The notes beneath the pieces were generated by a model. It did not search any database and was not told the origin of the DNA. It saw only the letters and a list, made by a program, of their open reading frames with translations. A DNA stretch of 64,000 bases from NCBI GenBank assembly GCA_030621085.1, contig JAUXIJ010000007.1:1220-65219 (forward strand), given 5' to 3'. Source of the DNA: Candidatus Cloacimonadota bacterium. GTDB taxonomy: Bacteria > Cloacimonadota > Cloacimonadia > Cloacimonadales > TCS61. Below are positions 47,896-57,029 of this stretch, in pieces (the first letter of the stretch is position 1; each line of letters opens with the position of its first letter). Both the position numbers and the translations under genes were made by a program.

Positions 47896-49335
47896 ATGAA
47901 AAAATTAGTAATAGATATTATCAACAAATTGAACACTCCTGAGATCAGTTACGCTGACGTTCGCTTCACAAATACAGATGACCAAACAGTTTATTTTGAG
48001 AAAGGAAACCTGAAGCATTTTGGATCGGACATGGATTCGATGTCGCTTGGAATCCGTGTTCTGGTCAACGGTTGCTGGGGATTTGCCGGCACTACAATTC
48101 TTACCGATGCTTCCATAGAAAAAACCATTAAGAAAGCTATTGCCAATGCCAAAGTTGGCAGCAGATTTCGCAGGGAACCGGCTTCATTTAAAAAACTGAA
48201 ACCCGTTAAAGCAAGTTACACATTCGCTCCCAAAGAAGACCCATTCCAGATGGATGATAAATTCAAGATAGATTACCATGAAAAGATCGCAAAAAAACTG
48301 GTTGGGAATGAGAAGATCGTTTATTCATACATCTATACCGTGTTTTATAGGCAATACAAAATATTTGCAAACACAGAAGGAACATTCGTAGACTCCTTTG
48401 TTTACGACACCATGCCCATGATGTATGTGCTGGCTTCCGATGGCAAAGAAACAATGTGCCGAACCTGGCCTGGTCATATGAATGGAAGACGTGGTGGATT
48501 CGAAGTAGTACGAAATGTAAAGATGGAAGAAAATGCCGATAAGATCATTGAAGAAGCTATTAAACTGCTGGATGCACCTCGAATTGAAGAAGAACGAGCA
48601 GATATAATTATTGGTGGAGGACACCTCGCTCTACAGTTGCATGAATCTGTAGGGCATGCCACCGAAGCGGACAGGATATTTGGCAAGGAAATTTCTTATG
48701 CAGGAAAAACATTTATCAAGCCCGCAATGCTTGGTACTTTCGAATATGGCTCGAAAATTGTAAATATTTTCAGCGACAGCACCAATGAAGGAGGAATGGG
48801 ATTTCACCTGGTGGATGATGAAGGAACTCCCGGTGCATCTGTGGATATTGTGAAAAACGGCATCCTGCTGGATCAGCAAACTTCTCAAGAAACAGCTGCT
48901 CTTCTGGAGGTACAGCCCAGTTCCAATATGCTGGCTTCTTTTGCTGATGATATCCCACTCATCCGTATGACCAACTTCTGCCTGGCACCTGGAAAAGGTT
49001 CTCTGGGCGATCTGATCAAATCTACAGAAAATGGTTATTATATAGATTTCACCAAAACCTGGAGCATCGATGATAACAGAAATAATTTTCAGTTCACTAC
49101 CGAGATCGGCTGGAAGATCGAAAATGGAGAACTCAAAGGAATCGTGAAAGAACCAACTTACTACGGAATTACTCCCGAATTCTGGGCAGCCTGCAATGGC
49201 ATTTGCGGACCGGAAGAATGGGAATTCCACGGCACTTTCCATTGCGGGAAAGGTGAACCCGGACAAAGTATGCATCTTTCTCATGGAGTTGCTCCTGCCA
49301 GGTTCAAAAATATAGTGTGTAATGTGAAAGCATAG
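47896..49335 (+). CDS. tldD: metalloprotease TldD
   Basis: 479 aa. HESVGHATEADR (HExxxH). Confidence 0.85.
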   Translation: MKKLVIDIINKLNTPEISYADVRFTNTDDQTVYFEKGNLKHFGSDMDSMSLGIRVLVNGCWGFAGTTILTDASIEKTIKKAIANAKVGSRFRREPASFKKLKPVKASYTFAPKEDPFQMDDKFKIDYHEKIAKKLVGNEKIVYSYIYTVFYRQYKIFANTEGTFVDSFVYDTMPMMYVLASDGKETMCRTWPGHMNGRRGGFEVVRNVKMEENADKIIEEAIKLLDAPRIEEERADIIIGGGHLALQLHESVGHATEADRIFGKEISYAGKTFIKPAMLGTFEYGSKIVNIFSDSTNEGGMGFHLVDDEGTPGASVDIVKNGILLDQQTSQETAALLEVQPSSNMLASFADDIPLIRMTNFCLAPGKGSLGDLIKSTENGYYIDFTKTWSIDDNRNNFQFTTEIGWKIENGELKGIVKEPTYYGITPEFWAACNGICGPEEWEFHGTFHCGKGEPGQSMHLSHGVAPARFKNIVCNVKA

Positions 49336-49407
49336 TTGGGTAGAAGTGTATATGCGTGGAAGCGTGAGAGGGTTGATGGGTATAAACCTTTAAAAGGTTA
49401 TGACACG

Positions 49408-49479
49408 GCAGGTTTATTCTTGCAGATTGAATCAAACATTTCAGGGGCGCATCAGAGTGATTCGTCCTGCATTAATCAC
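49408..49479 (+). repeat. roughly 70-bp direct repeat, copy A (upstream of the solitary HEPN gene)
   Basis: GCAGGTTTATTCTTGCAGATTGAATCAAACATTTCAGGGGCGCATCAGAGTGATTCGTCCTGCATTAATCAC aligns with 50293-50361. The best-conserved core is GCGCATCAGAGTGATTCGTCCTGCA against ACGCATCAGAATGATACGTTCTGCA. Confidence 0.7.
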
Positions 49480-49507
49480 GTAGTAGGAGCTATGTGACGA
49501 GGGGAAT

Positions 49508-50260
49508 ATGACAGAACATGAATACTATGAGATTATAAGATTTATTACACAATGCTTTAGAGATATAGCAGATAAGGATTATATTAATGCTAGATTTTGC
49601 TATTTCAGTCAACTTGATAATCAGTGTTTGTGGTCTTCACAACAGGCAATTGAAAAGTATATTAAATCAATCCTTCTTTTGAATGGTGTATCAACCTTAA
49701 AACTTAATCATGATCTTAATAAATCAGTTGAAAAACTTAAAACTATCAAAGATATTAATTTCAATTTTGTTTCTGATCCAAATTTTAATAAATATATTAA
49801 ATATTTGGATACGTTTGGAAATAATAGATATTTAGAATTTACTTCTCACTTGAAACACGATATTATTCTAAATTTAGATTCTGTAGTGTGGCAAATCAGA
49901 AGATATTGCCAATATATACGTAAATACACAGCTGGTATTAGTAAAATTGCAGAATTCCCATTAGATGCTAAATCAAAAAAAGATATCGAATTAGATTTTA
50001 GTAAATATCCCAATAGATTTAGAATTAATGGAGGATACATTGAAAGCTTATTAAATGTGAGAACGAATTCGCTAGCAAGAAAATATTTAATCTATAAAAA
50101 TCCATATTTTGGAATAAATAGAAAACATAAGTTGAAATATCGGTTTTATTCGACAACTTACTCAATATATTTGCATAGTCGACCTAGGCTTTACGAAAAT
50201 CTAAAACATTTAGTACAATTTAGTAGTGAAACAAGGAATTATTTTAGAAATAAAATATAG
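49508..50260 (+). CDS. HEPN domain-containing protein (solitary, no adjacent nucleotidyltransferase partner)
   Basis: N-terminal DKDYINARFCYF...SSQQAIEKYIKSILLLNG is the classical HEPN helix pair. NNRYLEFTSH supplies an RY / Rx6H element. AT-rich. Confidence 0.6.
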   Translation: MTEHEYYEIIRFITQCFRDIADKDYINARFCYFSQLDNQCLWSSQQAIEKYIKSILLLNGVSTLKLNHDLNKSVEKLKTIKDINFNFVSDPNFNKYIKYLDTFGNNRYLEFTSHLKHDIILNLDSVVWQIRRYCQYIRKYTAGISKIAEFPLDAKSKKDIELDFSKYPNRFRINGGYIESLLNVRTNSLARKYLIYKNPYFGINRKHKLKYRFYSTTYSIYLHSRPRLYENLKHLVQFSSETRNYFRNKI

Positions 50261-50292
50261 AGTTACCCGATGCAATATCGAAAATTCGACTC

Positions 50293-50361
50293 GCAGGTTC
50301 AATCATGCAACCTGAACAAAATATTCGGACGCATCAGAATGATACGTTCTGCAAAAAGCAC
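50293..50361 (+). repeat. roughly 70-bp direct repeat, copy B (downstream of the solitary HEPN gene)
   Basis: See copy A at 49408-49479. Confidence 0.7.
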
Positions 50362-50373
50362 AAGAGGTAAAAA

Positions 50374-51063
50374 ATGCATTATATTTTATTAGGTTTTGCA
50401 CCGGGACTTTACTGGTTGTGGTATTTTTACCAGAGAGATAAACTGGAACCCGAACCCAAGAAACTGGTTTTTATTGCTTATTTCCTGGGAATTCTTGCAG
50501 CAGGCCTTGTGATCTTCATCCACATGCCTTTCAAACTGAATTATTTTATAAGTGCCGTGGTAACTGCTCCCATTCTTGAAGAGCTCGCCAAATTCCTGAT
50601 GGTATGGGCATATTTATATAGAAATAAGAACTTCAGTGAACCAATGGACGGCATTGTATATGCAGCAGCAGTTGCCCTGGGTTTTGCTTCTATAGAGAAT
50701 GGACTGTATCTCTTCAGAATAAACCAGCAGGCTAAATTCCTGCTTTCCAATGTTATACTGATCCGAGCTTTTCTTTCTGTACCAGCTCATGCTCTTTTCT
50801 CCGGCATCTGGGGATATGCGCTGGGAAGATACAAATTTGATAAAAAGAAAAACCGCTTTATCGTGTTGTATGGACTTCTTCTGGCAATGCTTCTTCATGC
50901 TGCATTTAATTACGTATGTCTCATACCGGTATATTCTTCTTTCGGATTACTCATTCTTACTGCAGCTATGTGGATGCTCATGAATAAAAAGATTCTAAAA
51001 GCAGAAAAGGATTCACCCTACAAAAAGAAATTCCTGTTTTTTAATTGGAAAAAGAAATCATAA
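50374..51063 (+). CDS. PrsW-family intramembrane metalloprotease
   Basis: 229 aa, polytopic. EELAKF (EExxK) and HALFSGIWGY motifs. Confidence 0.75.
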   Translation: MHYILLGFAPGLYWLWYFYQRDKLEPEPKKLVFIAYFLGILAAGLVIFIHMPFKLNYFISAVVTAPILEELAKFLMVWAYLYRNKNFSEPMDGIVYAAAVALGFASIENGLYLFRINQQAKFLLSNVILIRAFLSVPAHALFSGIWGYALGRYKFDKKKNRFIVLYGLLLAMLLHAAFNYVCLIPVYSSFGLLILTAAMWMLMNKKILKAEKDSPYKKKFLFFNWKKKS

Positions 51064-51075
51064 AAAAGAGGAGTA

Positions 51076-53256
51076 ATGAATAAATATTTCTTTTGTGTGA
51101 TGCTTATTCTAATTGGTTCAATATTACATTCTATCACACTGAAAGAAGCTTACGACTCTGCACCATCTCAGGCAGGATACGATAAATACTTAGAACTGGA
51201 AACAGGTGTGATATATACTGGCGGACTGCTCATCGGAAAAGTACTCAACCCCATAACAGCGGAATTGGAAGGTGAGAATTTACAGGATGTTCGCATACAG
51301 GGTAATGGAGCTATCCTCGACCTGCAGGGTGAGCAGATATGCATTTCTTATTGTGAAAATATTTTAGATATAGATAACTGCATTATTATCAACGGAAATA
51401 TTCGCTATCGGGGGATTAATCTTCCTTCAGGGTTAATTCAACCAACAGGTTATGTGGAATATTGTACTTTTTATCAAACACATGATTATGGTGTAAGATT
51501 ATATGGTTCTGGTGCAGGAATAAGGCTTGAAAAAAACATCCTGGTTAATGCAGTGGAAACCGGAGATGATTTTACATACATTAACGGCAGTTCGATGGAG
51601 TGGCTTCCTACTGGAGCAAATGTTGCTATTAGCATTTTTTACAGCACATACGGTATGCCGCAACTTATCGATAACTGGTCATATCATTCAAATGAACAGA
51701 TTAATAACGATCCTATTCGTCATTTTGTTGAATTATGCGAATATGGCTGAACCCCACCACAGCAGGTCAGTTGGGCCTGGCAGAATAATATGGTGGGCAT
51801 CGATCCGCAACTTACCGATCCGGAGAATGGAGATTACAGCTTGCTTCCCGGTTCTCCTGCAACAGGCTACGGATGTCAGATATTTCCGCCGGATATGCTT
51901 TACAAATCAGATGATTTGCCTGAACCTACTTTTATTCAATACAATAATTACTCTTCCAGAAGTTCCATTGAGGTTTCGGGTTGTATCACCATTAACACAA
52001 TTTGGGATGTGGACACAGTGAAAGTGGTGGATGATGTTTTGATCGAAAATGGAGTTACGGTCACTATAACACCCGGCACGAAAATTGAATTCCAGGATTA
52101 TTATACGTTGTTTGTACAGGGTCAACTTCTGGCATGCGGAGAACCTGGAAATTTCATTCATTTTACCAGTGCACAACCGGAACTGTTTTCCATTGATCAT
52201 TCACCACTGGGAAGTTGGAATAGTATAAGATTTGATGATACCTCGTCGTTAAATGGAACTTCCAAACTGGAATACTGTATTATAGAATATGCCAAAGAGA
52301 TAGAGGAAAACGGCGTTGGAGGAGCAATTTATATTTATAATTTTTCTGATTTGGAAATAACTAATTGTATCTTTCAAAATAATTTTGCCGATTATGGTGC
52401 AGTTATGGGACTGGAATATCGCTCTGCTCCAATTATTACAAACAATTTAATGTTCGATAATTACGCTTTCCTGGGTGGGTCTCCCATTTATTGTACTTAT
52501 TCATATCCGCGATTGTTAAATAACACAATGGTAAATAACACAGTCTTAAATGAAGATCTCTTTTTTAATACTGGAACAATTCACACATTTCTTTCCAAAC
52601 CACAGATCATAAATAATATCGTCTGGGATAATCTCAACTATTACCTGGGAGGAACTCAATTACTTGAGTGCAAAGGATTTTATACAATTTACAACAACAT
52701 CGAATCCGGTCATGAGGGAGAAGGTAATATCGATTCAGATCCTTTGTTCATTAATTCTGCAGGAAATGAATTCATGCTCCGAAGCGACTCTCCCTGCATA
52801 AATACCGGAACACTGGATTTGCCTTTTGGAATGGAACTTCCTGATTACGATCTATCAGGAAATCCCAGGATAACAGGTGATCATGTCGATATGGGTGCGT
52901 ATGAATACTTTACAACCGAGTTCACTAACAACCAGTTATCAGTGACCAATGACCGATTAACCAATTACCCGAATCCCTTTAATCCATCAACTACTATCTA
53001 TTTTCCAACCACGGAGATTACAGGGTTCACGGAAATGAAAATTGAAATTTATAATATAAAAGGACAGCAAGTAAAAACTCTTTTCCCGAACTTGTGTCAT
53101 CCTGAGCCTGTCGAAGGACGAGGAGCAAATAATCAATATTCCGTTACCTGGGATGGAAAAGATGCAAATGGTGATAAGGTTAGTTCAGGTATATATTTCT
53201 ACAAATTAGAAGTAGGTGATTACAAGAAAATTAAGAAGATGATGTTATTAAAATAG
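51076..53256 (+). pseudogene. T9SS-sorted right-handed beta-helix protein interrupted by a single in-frame TGA (51748-51750); pseudogene, readthrough or Sec unresolved
   Basis: ORFs 51076-51750 (signal peptide) and 51790-53256 (no signal peptide, T9SS C-terminal domain) are in the same frame. The 13 codons between the TGA and the first ATG are open and read ...ELCEYG*TPPQQVSWAWQNNMVGIDPQLTDPENGDYSLLPGSPA. Confidence 0.55.
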
Positions 53257-53276
53257 GAATTCATAAAGGAGGATAT

Positions 53277-53771
53277 ATGAAAAAAAGTGAAAAAGGAAAA
53301 TTGATCGCAGGTCTTATTTTAGTATTTTTAGGGCTTTCATTATCGGGAATAAATATTTTTGCCGGTTTTGGTGAAAATCTATTCCTGCTGCTTCTGGGTG
53401 GACTATTTATAGCTTGGTATTTTTATAAAAATGCTTATGGGTTACTCATCCCGGGCTGTATCCTGACTGGATTAGGATTAGGATCATTTGGTTCTAATTT
53501 TTTCTGGGGTTCTCCTCATCACAGCACCCTGGGTATTGGAATTGGATTTCTTGCAGTGTATGTTATCGATCTGCTGAATAACGGTAAAACACACTGGTGG
53601 CCCCTTATTCCCGGTGGCATAATGACTGTATCATCTCTGGCTCAGGGTCCTTTTGGTTTCCGAAATCTTTTCAAGATCGGTTGGCCAATAGTTATCATAA
53701 TATTAGGATTATGGATCATCGCAAAATCAACCGGTATAGTTAAATCTAAGGAGGAAAAAGATGAGCAATAA
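53277..53771 (+). CDS. polytopic membrane protein, function unknown
   Basis: 164 aa, Gly/Leu-rich TM helices. Confidence 0.55.
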   Translation: MKKSEKGKLIAGLILVFLGLSLSGINIFAGFGENLFLLLLGGLFIAWYFYKNAYGLLIPGCILTGLGLGSFGSNFFWGSPHHSTLGIGIGFLAVYVIDLLNNGKTHWWPLIPGGIMTVSSLAQGPFGFRNLFKIGWPIVIIILGLWIIAKSTGIVKSKEEKDEQ

Positions 53772-54135
53772 CGAAATTCAAAACTTCAAAGATAAAAGAA
53801 GAAAAGACGTTGATAGATTTGATAACATCGGCTGGGGATTATTCCTTATTGTGTTGGGAGCTATCTGGCTTTTTCCAGATAAATTGGTTCCAGAAGGAAC
53901 CTTTCTGTTTTGTGTTGGAATAATACTGCTTGGCATGAATCTCATCAAATATGTGAAAGGTTTCAAAACAAATGGCTTCACTATATTTCTAGGATTAATT
54001 GCTTTAATCGCCGGATTGTGTGCTTTCCTGGGAAAACCTGTTGGTATCTTCCCGCTCATACTCATTCTCTGGGGAATAAGCATACTCATAAAAATTATAT
54101 TTAAGAAAAAAAGAACTCCGGAAGAAAATGAATAA
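53761..54135 (+). CDS. membrane protein, function unknown
   Basis: 124 aa with 3 TM helices. 11-nt overlap with the upstream gene. Confidence 0.55.
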   Translation: MSNNEIQNFKDKRRKDVDRFDNIGWGLFLIVLGAIWLFPDKLVPEGTFLFCVGIILLGMNLIKYVKGFKTNGFTIFLGLIALIAGLCAFLGKPVGIFPLILILWGISILIKIIFKKKRTPEENE

Positions 54136-54310
54136 GAAAGTTCTCGTTCCCATTGCAAACGGCACGGAAGAACTGGAAGCAGTTGGCATCATAGATACAC
54201 TTCGCAGAGCTAGCGGAACGGTTCTGGAATTTTCTTTTCAACAGTTGAAATCCTTTAATGAAAAATTATTATTAATTGAAGTGCATTCTTTTTTTTTTAA
54301 ATCGGCATAA
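54128..54310 (+). pseudogene. truncated DJ-1/PfpI (ThiJ/YajL-like) gene fragment
   Basis: MNKKVLVPIANGTEELEAVGIIDTLRRA is the canonical N-terminus of DJ-1/YajL-type proteins (normally about 180-200 aa). Similarity is lost after about 30 codons and the ORF runs into repeat R1 copy 2. Confidence 0.6.
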
Positions 54311-54625
54311 TATAAATTGCGTCAAGAAATTGGCAATAAGCAAACGTTAAGAAAAATCTTCTGTTTGAGTAGTTTTCTAATTTATTTCATAGATTCTACT
54401 TAGAAATTAACGAGTTAAGATTTTTTAGTGGTGTTTACCAATTTTAGTAATTTATATTCGCAGAGAGTTTTTCTTTGCTTCGTTTCTTTTGTCGGTACAA
54501 AAGAAATGAAGATCAATGTTGCTAATCTCTGGCTTGAAAAACTTCTTATTATTCTTGAAGATAAAAAGAACACAATGACTTTGAATTTTTTCGAGAGATA
54601 TCTGAAAAGCATAAAACTATTGACA
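54278..54625 (+). repeat. R1 copy 2 (copy 1 at 4928-5278)
   Basis: Collinear with copy 1. The hairpin TTTCTTTTG (54484-54492)/CAAAAGAAA (54499-54507) is conserved. The right arm of the 16-bp inverted repeat is degraded. Confidence 0.85.
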
Positions 54626-54692
54626 GCGTAACCTTAGAAAAAAATAGTGCTTCCCTGAATTTTAAGGTTATTATTTGTAGCAGGAGATAGAG

Positions 54693-54905
54693 ATGAAAAA
54701 AGGAATTCACCCGAAATATGAAAAGGTAAAAGTTACCTGTGTTTGCGGTAACACCTTTGAAACAAGATCTACCAGTCCAGGGATCAATAAGGTTGAGATA
54801 TGTTCTCAATGTCATCCATTCTATACTGGGAAACAAAGATCAGTTTCCAAACAGGGTCGTGTAGAAAAATTTAATCAAAAATACAATCTTAACAAAGAAA
54901 AATAG
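54693..54905 (+). CDS. rpmE: 50S ribosomal protein L31
   Basis: MKKGIHPKY...[12 protein letters not shown]...[12 protein letters not shown]. Confidence 0.95.
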   Translation: MKKGIHPKYEKVKVTCVCGNTFETRSTSPGINKVEICSQCHPFYTGKQRSVSKQGRVEKFNQKYNLNKEK

Positions 54906-54922
54906 AAACTTACACATATTCG

Positions 54923-54964
54923 GCACCACAACTACAATCATTTTTGTTGTGGTGCGTTTTTTTT
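54923..54964 (+). terminator. rho-independent terminator after rpmE
   Basis: Perfect 10-bp stem GCACCACAAC (54923-54932)/GTTGTGGTGC (54946-54955) followed by a T-run. Confidence 0.85.
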
Positions 54965-54975
54965 GGGAACAATTA

Positions 54976-55959
54976 ATGAAAGAAACAAAAAAACAAATTC
55001 AAGTTGGTGGTCAGGCAGTTATCGAAGGCGTGTTGATGCGTGGACCGAAATACCTGGCAACTGCTATCCGTCGTAAAGATAATTCCATTGAACTGAAGAA
55101 AGAGAAATTCATCAGCAAAACGCAGAGCAAGGGTTTTTATGGTTTACCTGTTATCAGGGGATTTGTATCTCTCATCGAGATGCTGATAATAGGTATCAAA
55201 ACTTTGAATTTTTCTGCATCCCGTGCTGAACTGGACTGGGAAGAAGAAGAAAAAAAATCTAATAAAAAGAAGAAAGAAAAATCAGAGTCACACAAAAAAA
55301 TAGAAGAAATTCTGAGTTATATTTTTGCTTTTGGACTGGCATTTCTTCTTTTTGCTTTTCTTCCTTACCAGATAGCGGAATGGATGAAGCTGGGAAAAGA
55401 AAATATTTATTTCAATCTCTTTGCCGGTGCTATCCGCATTATTTTTTTTGTATTGTACGTGTGGATAATCAGCAGGCTGAAAGATGTTCATAGGTTGTTC
55501 GAATATCACGGAGCGGAGCATAAATCTGTATTTGCCTACGAGAATGGCAGCGAACTTTCGGCAGAGAGCGTACAGAAATTTAAAACACTGCATCCACGCT
55601 GCGGAACCAGTTTCATGTTTTTTGTGCTGCTTATCGCAATCCTTATTTTCTCGATAGTAGATACGATCTTTGCATATTTCTTTGGAGTTCCATCTGTTCT
55701 GTTGCGATTGGCTTATCATTTCCTGATGCTTCCGTTTATCTCTGGTATTTCCTATGAAGTATTGAAGTTATCCGGGAAAAACATACACCACCCGCTTGTT
55801 AAATTGATGACCGCTCCCGGACTTGCATTGCAAAAGATCACTACCCAGCAGCCTGACGATGCACAGATCGAGGTGGCAATAATAGCTATGAAATACGCTT
55901 TGGAGATGGATACCTCAGAATATCAAAACGTTAAGTTCATCGAGAACGAGAATAAGTAA
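54976..55959 (+). CDS. DUF1385-family membrane protein (commonly linked to rpmE/prfA)
   Basis: [16 protein letters not shown] and YHGAEHK motifs. The ORF-track start at 54949 lies inside the rpmE terminator, so ATG 54976 is preferred. Confidence 0.75.
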   Translation: MKETKKQIQVGGQAVIEGVLMRGPKYLATAIRRKDNSIELKKEKFISKTQSKGFYGLPVIRGFVSLIEMLIIGIKTLNFSASRAELDWEEEEKKSNKKKKEKSESHKKIEEILSYIFAFGLAFLLFAFLPYQIAEWMKLGKENIYFNLFAGAIRIIFFVLYVWIISRLKDVHRLFEYHGAEHKSVFAYENGSELSAESVQKFKTLHPRCGTSFMFFVLLIAILIFSIVDTIFAYFFGVPSVLLRLAYHFLMLPFISGISYEVLKLSGKNIHHPLVKLMTAPGLALQKITTQQPDDAQIEVAIIAMKYALEMDTSEYQNVKFIENENK

Positions 55960-57026
55960 TGATCTCAAAAGATAAGATCCAATCACTTCAAACAGAATAC
56001 GAAGAACTGAAAAAAGAAATCTACGATCCTGCCAAAATGACTGACAGGCGCTATTATAGCAAGATTTCCAAACGTTTCAAAGAACTTGAAAACATCCTAC
56101 AATGTTATAACTTGATAATTGAACTTGAGCAAACGGTGACAGATAATAGTGAATTAATAGAAACGGAAGAAGATGAAGAACTGAAAAACCTGGCAATGGA
56201 AGAAAACACCGAAATACAATTAGAGATCGAGCAGAAAAAAGAAGAATTGGAAGATTTACTCTCTCCCAAAGATCCTAACGATGAAAAAGATGTTATAGTT
56301 GAAATAAGGGCAGGAACCGGTGGAGAAGAAGCCGCACTGTTTGTGGCAGATCTCTATCGGATGTATTCTTATTTTGCAGAAAAAAAAGGTTGGAAACTTT
56401 CTGCACTTTCATCAAGCCAAACCGGAGTTGGTGGATTTAAAGAGATCATCTTTGGTCTTTCCGGTGATAATGTTTACGGCACCATGCGTTTTGAGAGTGG
56501 TGTCCATCGTGTACAGCGGGTTCCTGTAACCGAATCTCAAGGCAGAGTTCATACCTCGGCAATATCAGTTGCAGTTCTGCCCGAAGCAGATGAAGTGGAA
56601 ATAGAGATCGACCCCAATGACCTGAAGATCGATGTTTACAGGTCTTCCGGGCATGGCGGGCAAAGTGTGAATACCACAGACTCTGCCGTGCGCATCACCC
56701 ACCTTCCTACAGGATTAGTTGTAACCTGCCAGGATGAAAAATCTCAACTTAAAAACAAAAACAAGGCGATGAAGGTTTTACGTTCAAGATTACTCGATAT
56801 TGAAATTGCTAAACATGAGGCTGAAATATCGGCTTCACGTAAATCACAGGTAGGAACAGGTGACCGCAGCGCCAAGATAAGAACCTATAATTTTCCGCAG
56901 TCCCGGGTGACTGATCACAGAATAAATTTGACATCTTATAAGCTGAACAACATATTGCTCGGTGAACTCGATGAATTCATAGATGCCTTGAAAGTGGCAT
57001 ATAAAAACGAGATCATAAATAATTAA
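55959..57026 (+). CDS. prfA: peptide chain release factor 1
   Basis: PVT tripeptide ([10 protein letters not shown]) and [19 protein letters not shown] (GGQ). TAATG overlap with the upstream gene. Confidence 0.95.
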   Translation: MISKDKIQSLQTEYEELKKEIYDPAKMTDRRYYSKISKRFKELENILQCYNLIIELEQTVTDNSELIETEEDEELKNLAMEENTEIQLEIEQKKEELEDLLSPKDPNDEKDVIVEIRAGTGGEEAALFVADLYRMYSYFAEKKGWKLSALSSSQTGVGGFKEIIFGLSGDNVYGTMRFESGVHRVQRVPVTESQGRVHTSAISVAVLPEADEVEIEIDPNDLKIDVYRSSGHGGQSVNTTDSAVRITHLPTGLVVTCQDEKSQLKNKNKAMKVLRSRLLDIEIAKHEAEISASRKSQVGTGDRSAKIRTYNFPQSRVTDHRINLTSYKLNNILLGELDEFIDALKVAYKNEIINN

Positions 57027-57029
57027 AAA

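Noticed and set aside
48631-49284. 217-aa minus-strand ORF inside tldD, and similar antisense ORFs at 21654-22142, 11932-12315 and 38798-39118
   Set aside because: All are fully embedded antisense to well-supported genes and have no motifs. They are typical shadow ORFs.
51748-51750. Genome-wide TGA reassignment (code 4 or 25) as the explanation for the in-frame TGA
   Set aside because: Several conserved genes in the window terminate at TGA at the expected protein length, for example the 2Fe-2S subunit at 10924, fic at 6718 and the PLP enzyme at 20750. TGA is therefore a normal stop here.
4928-54625. The two direct R1 copies as boundaries of a 49-kb mobile island
   Set aside because: The enclosed region carries essential housekeeping operons (rplM, rpsI, rpsB, tsf, pyrH, frr) and has core-like composition, so it is not an island.
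54415-54836. ORFs of 65-95 aa on both strands inside repeat R1 copy 2
   Set aside because: The equivalent frames in R1 copy 1 are interrupted by stops, so the repeat is conserved at nucleotide level, not protein level.
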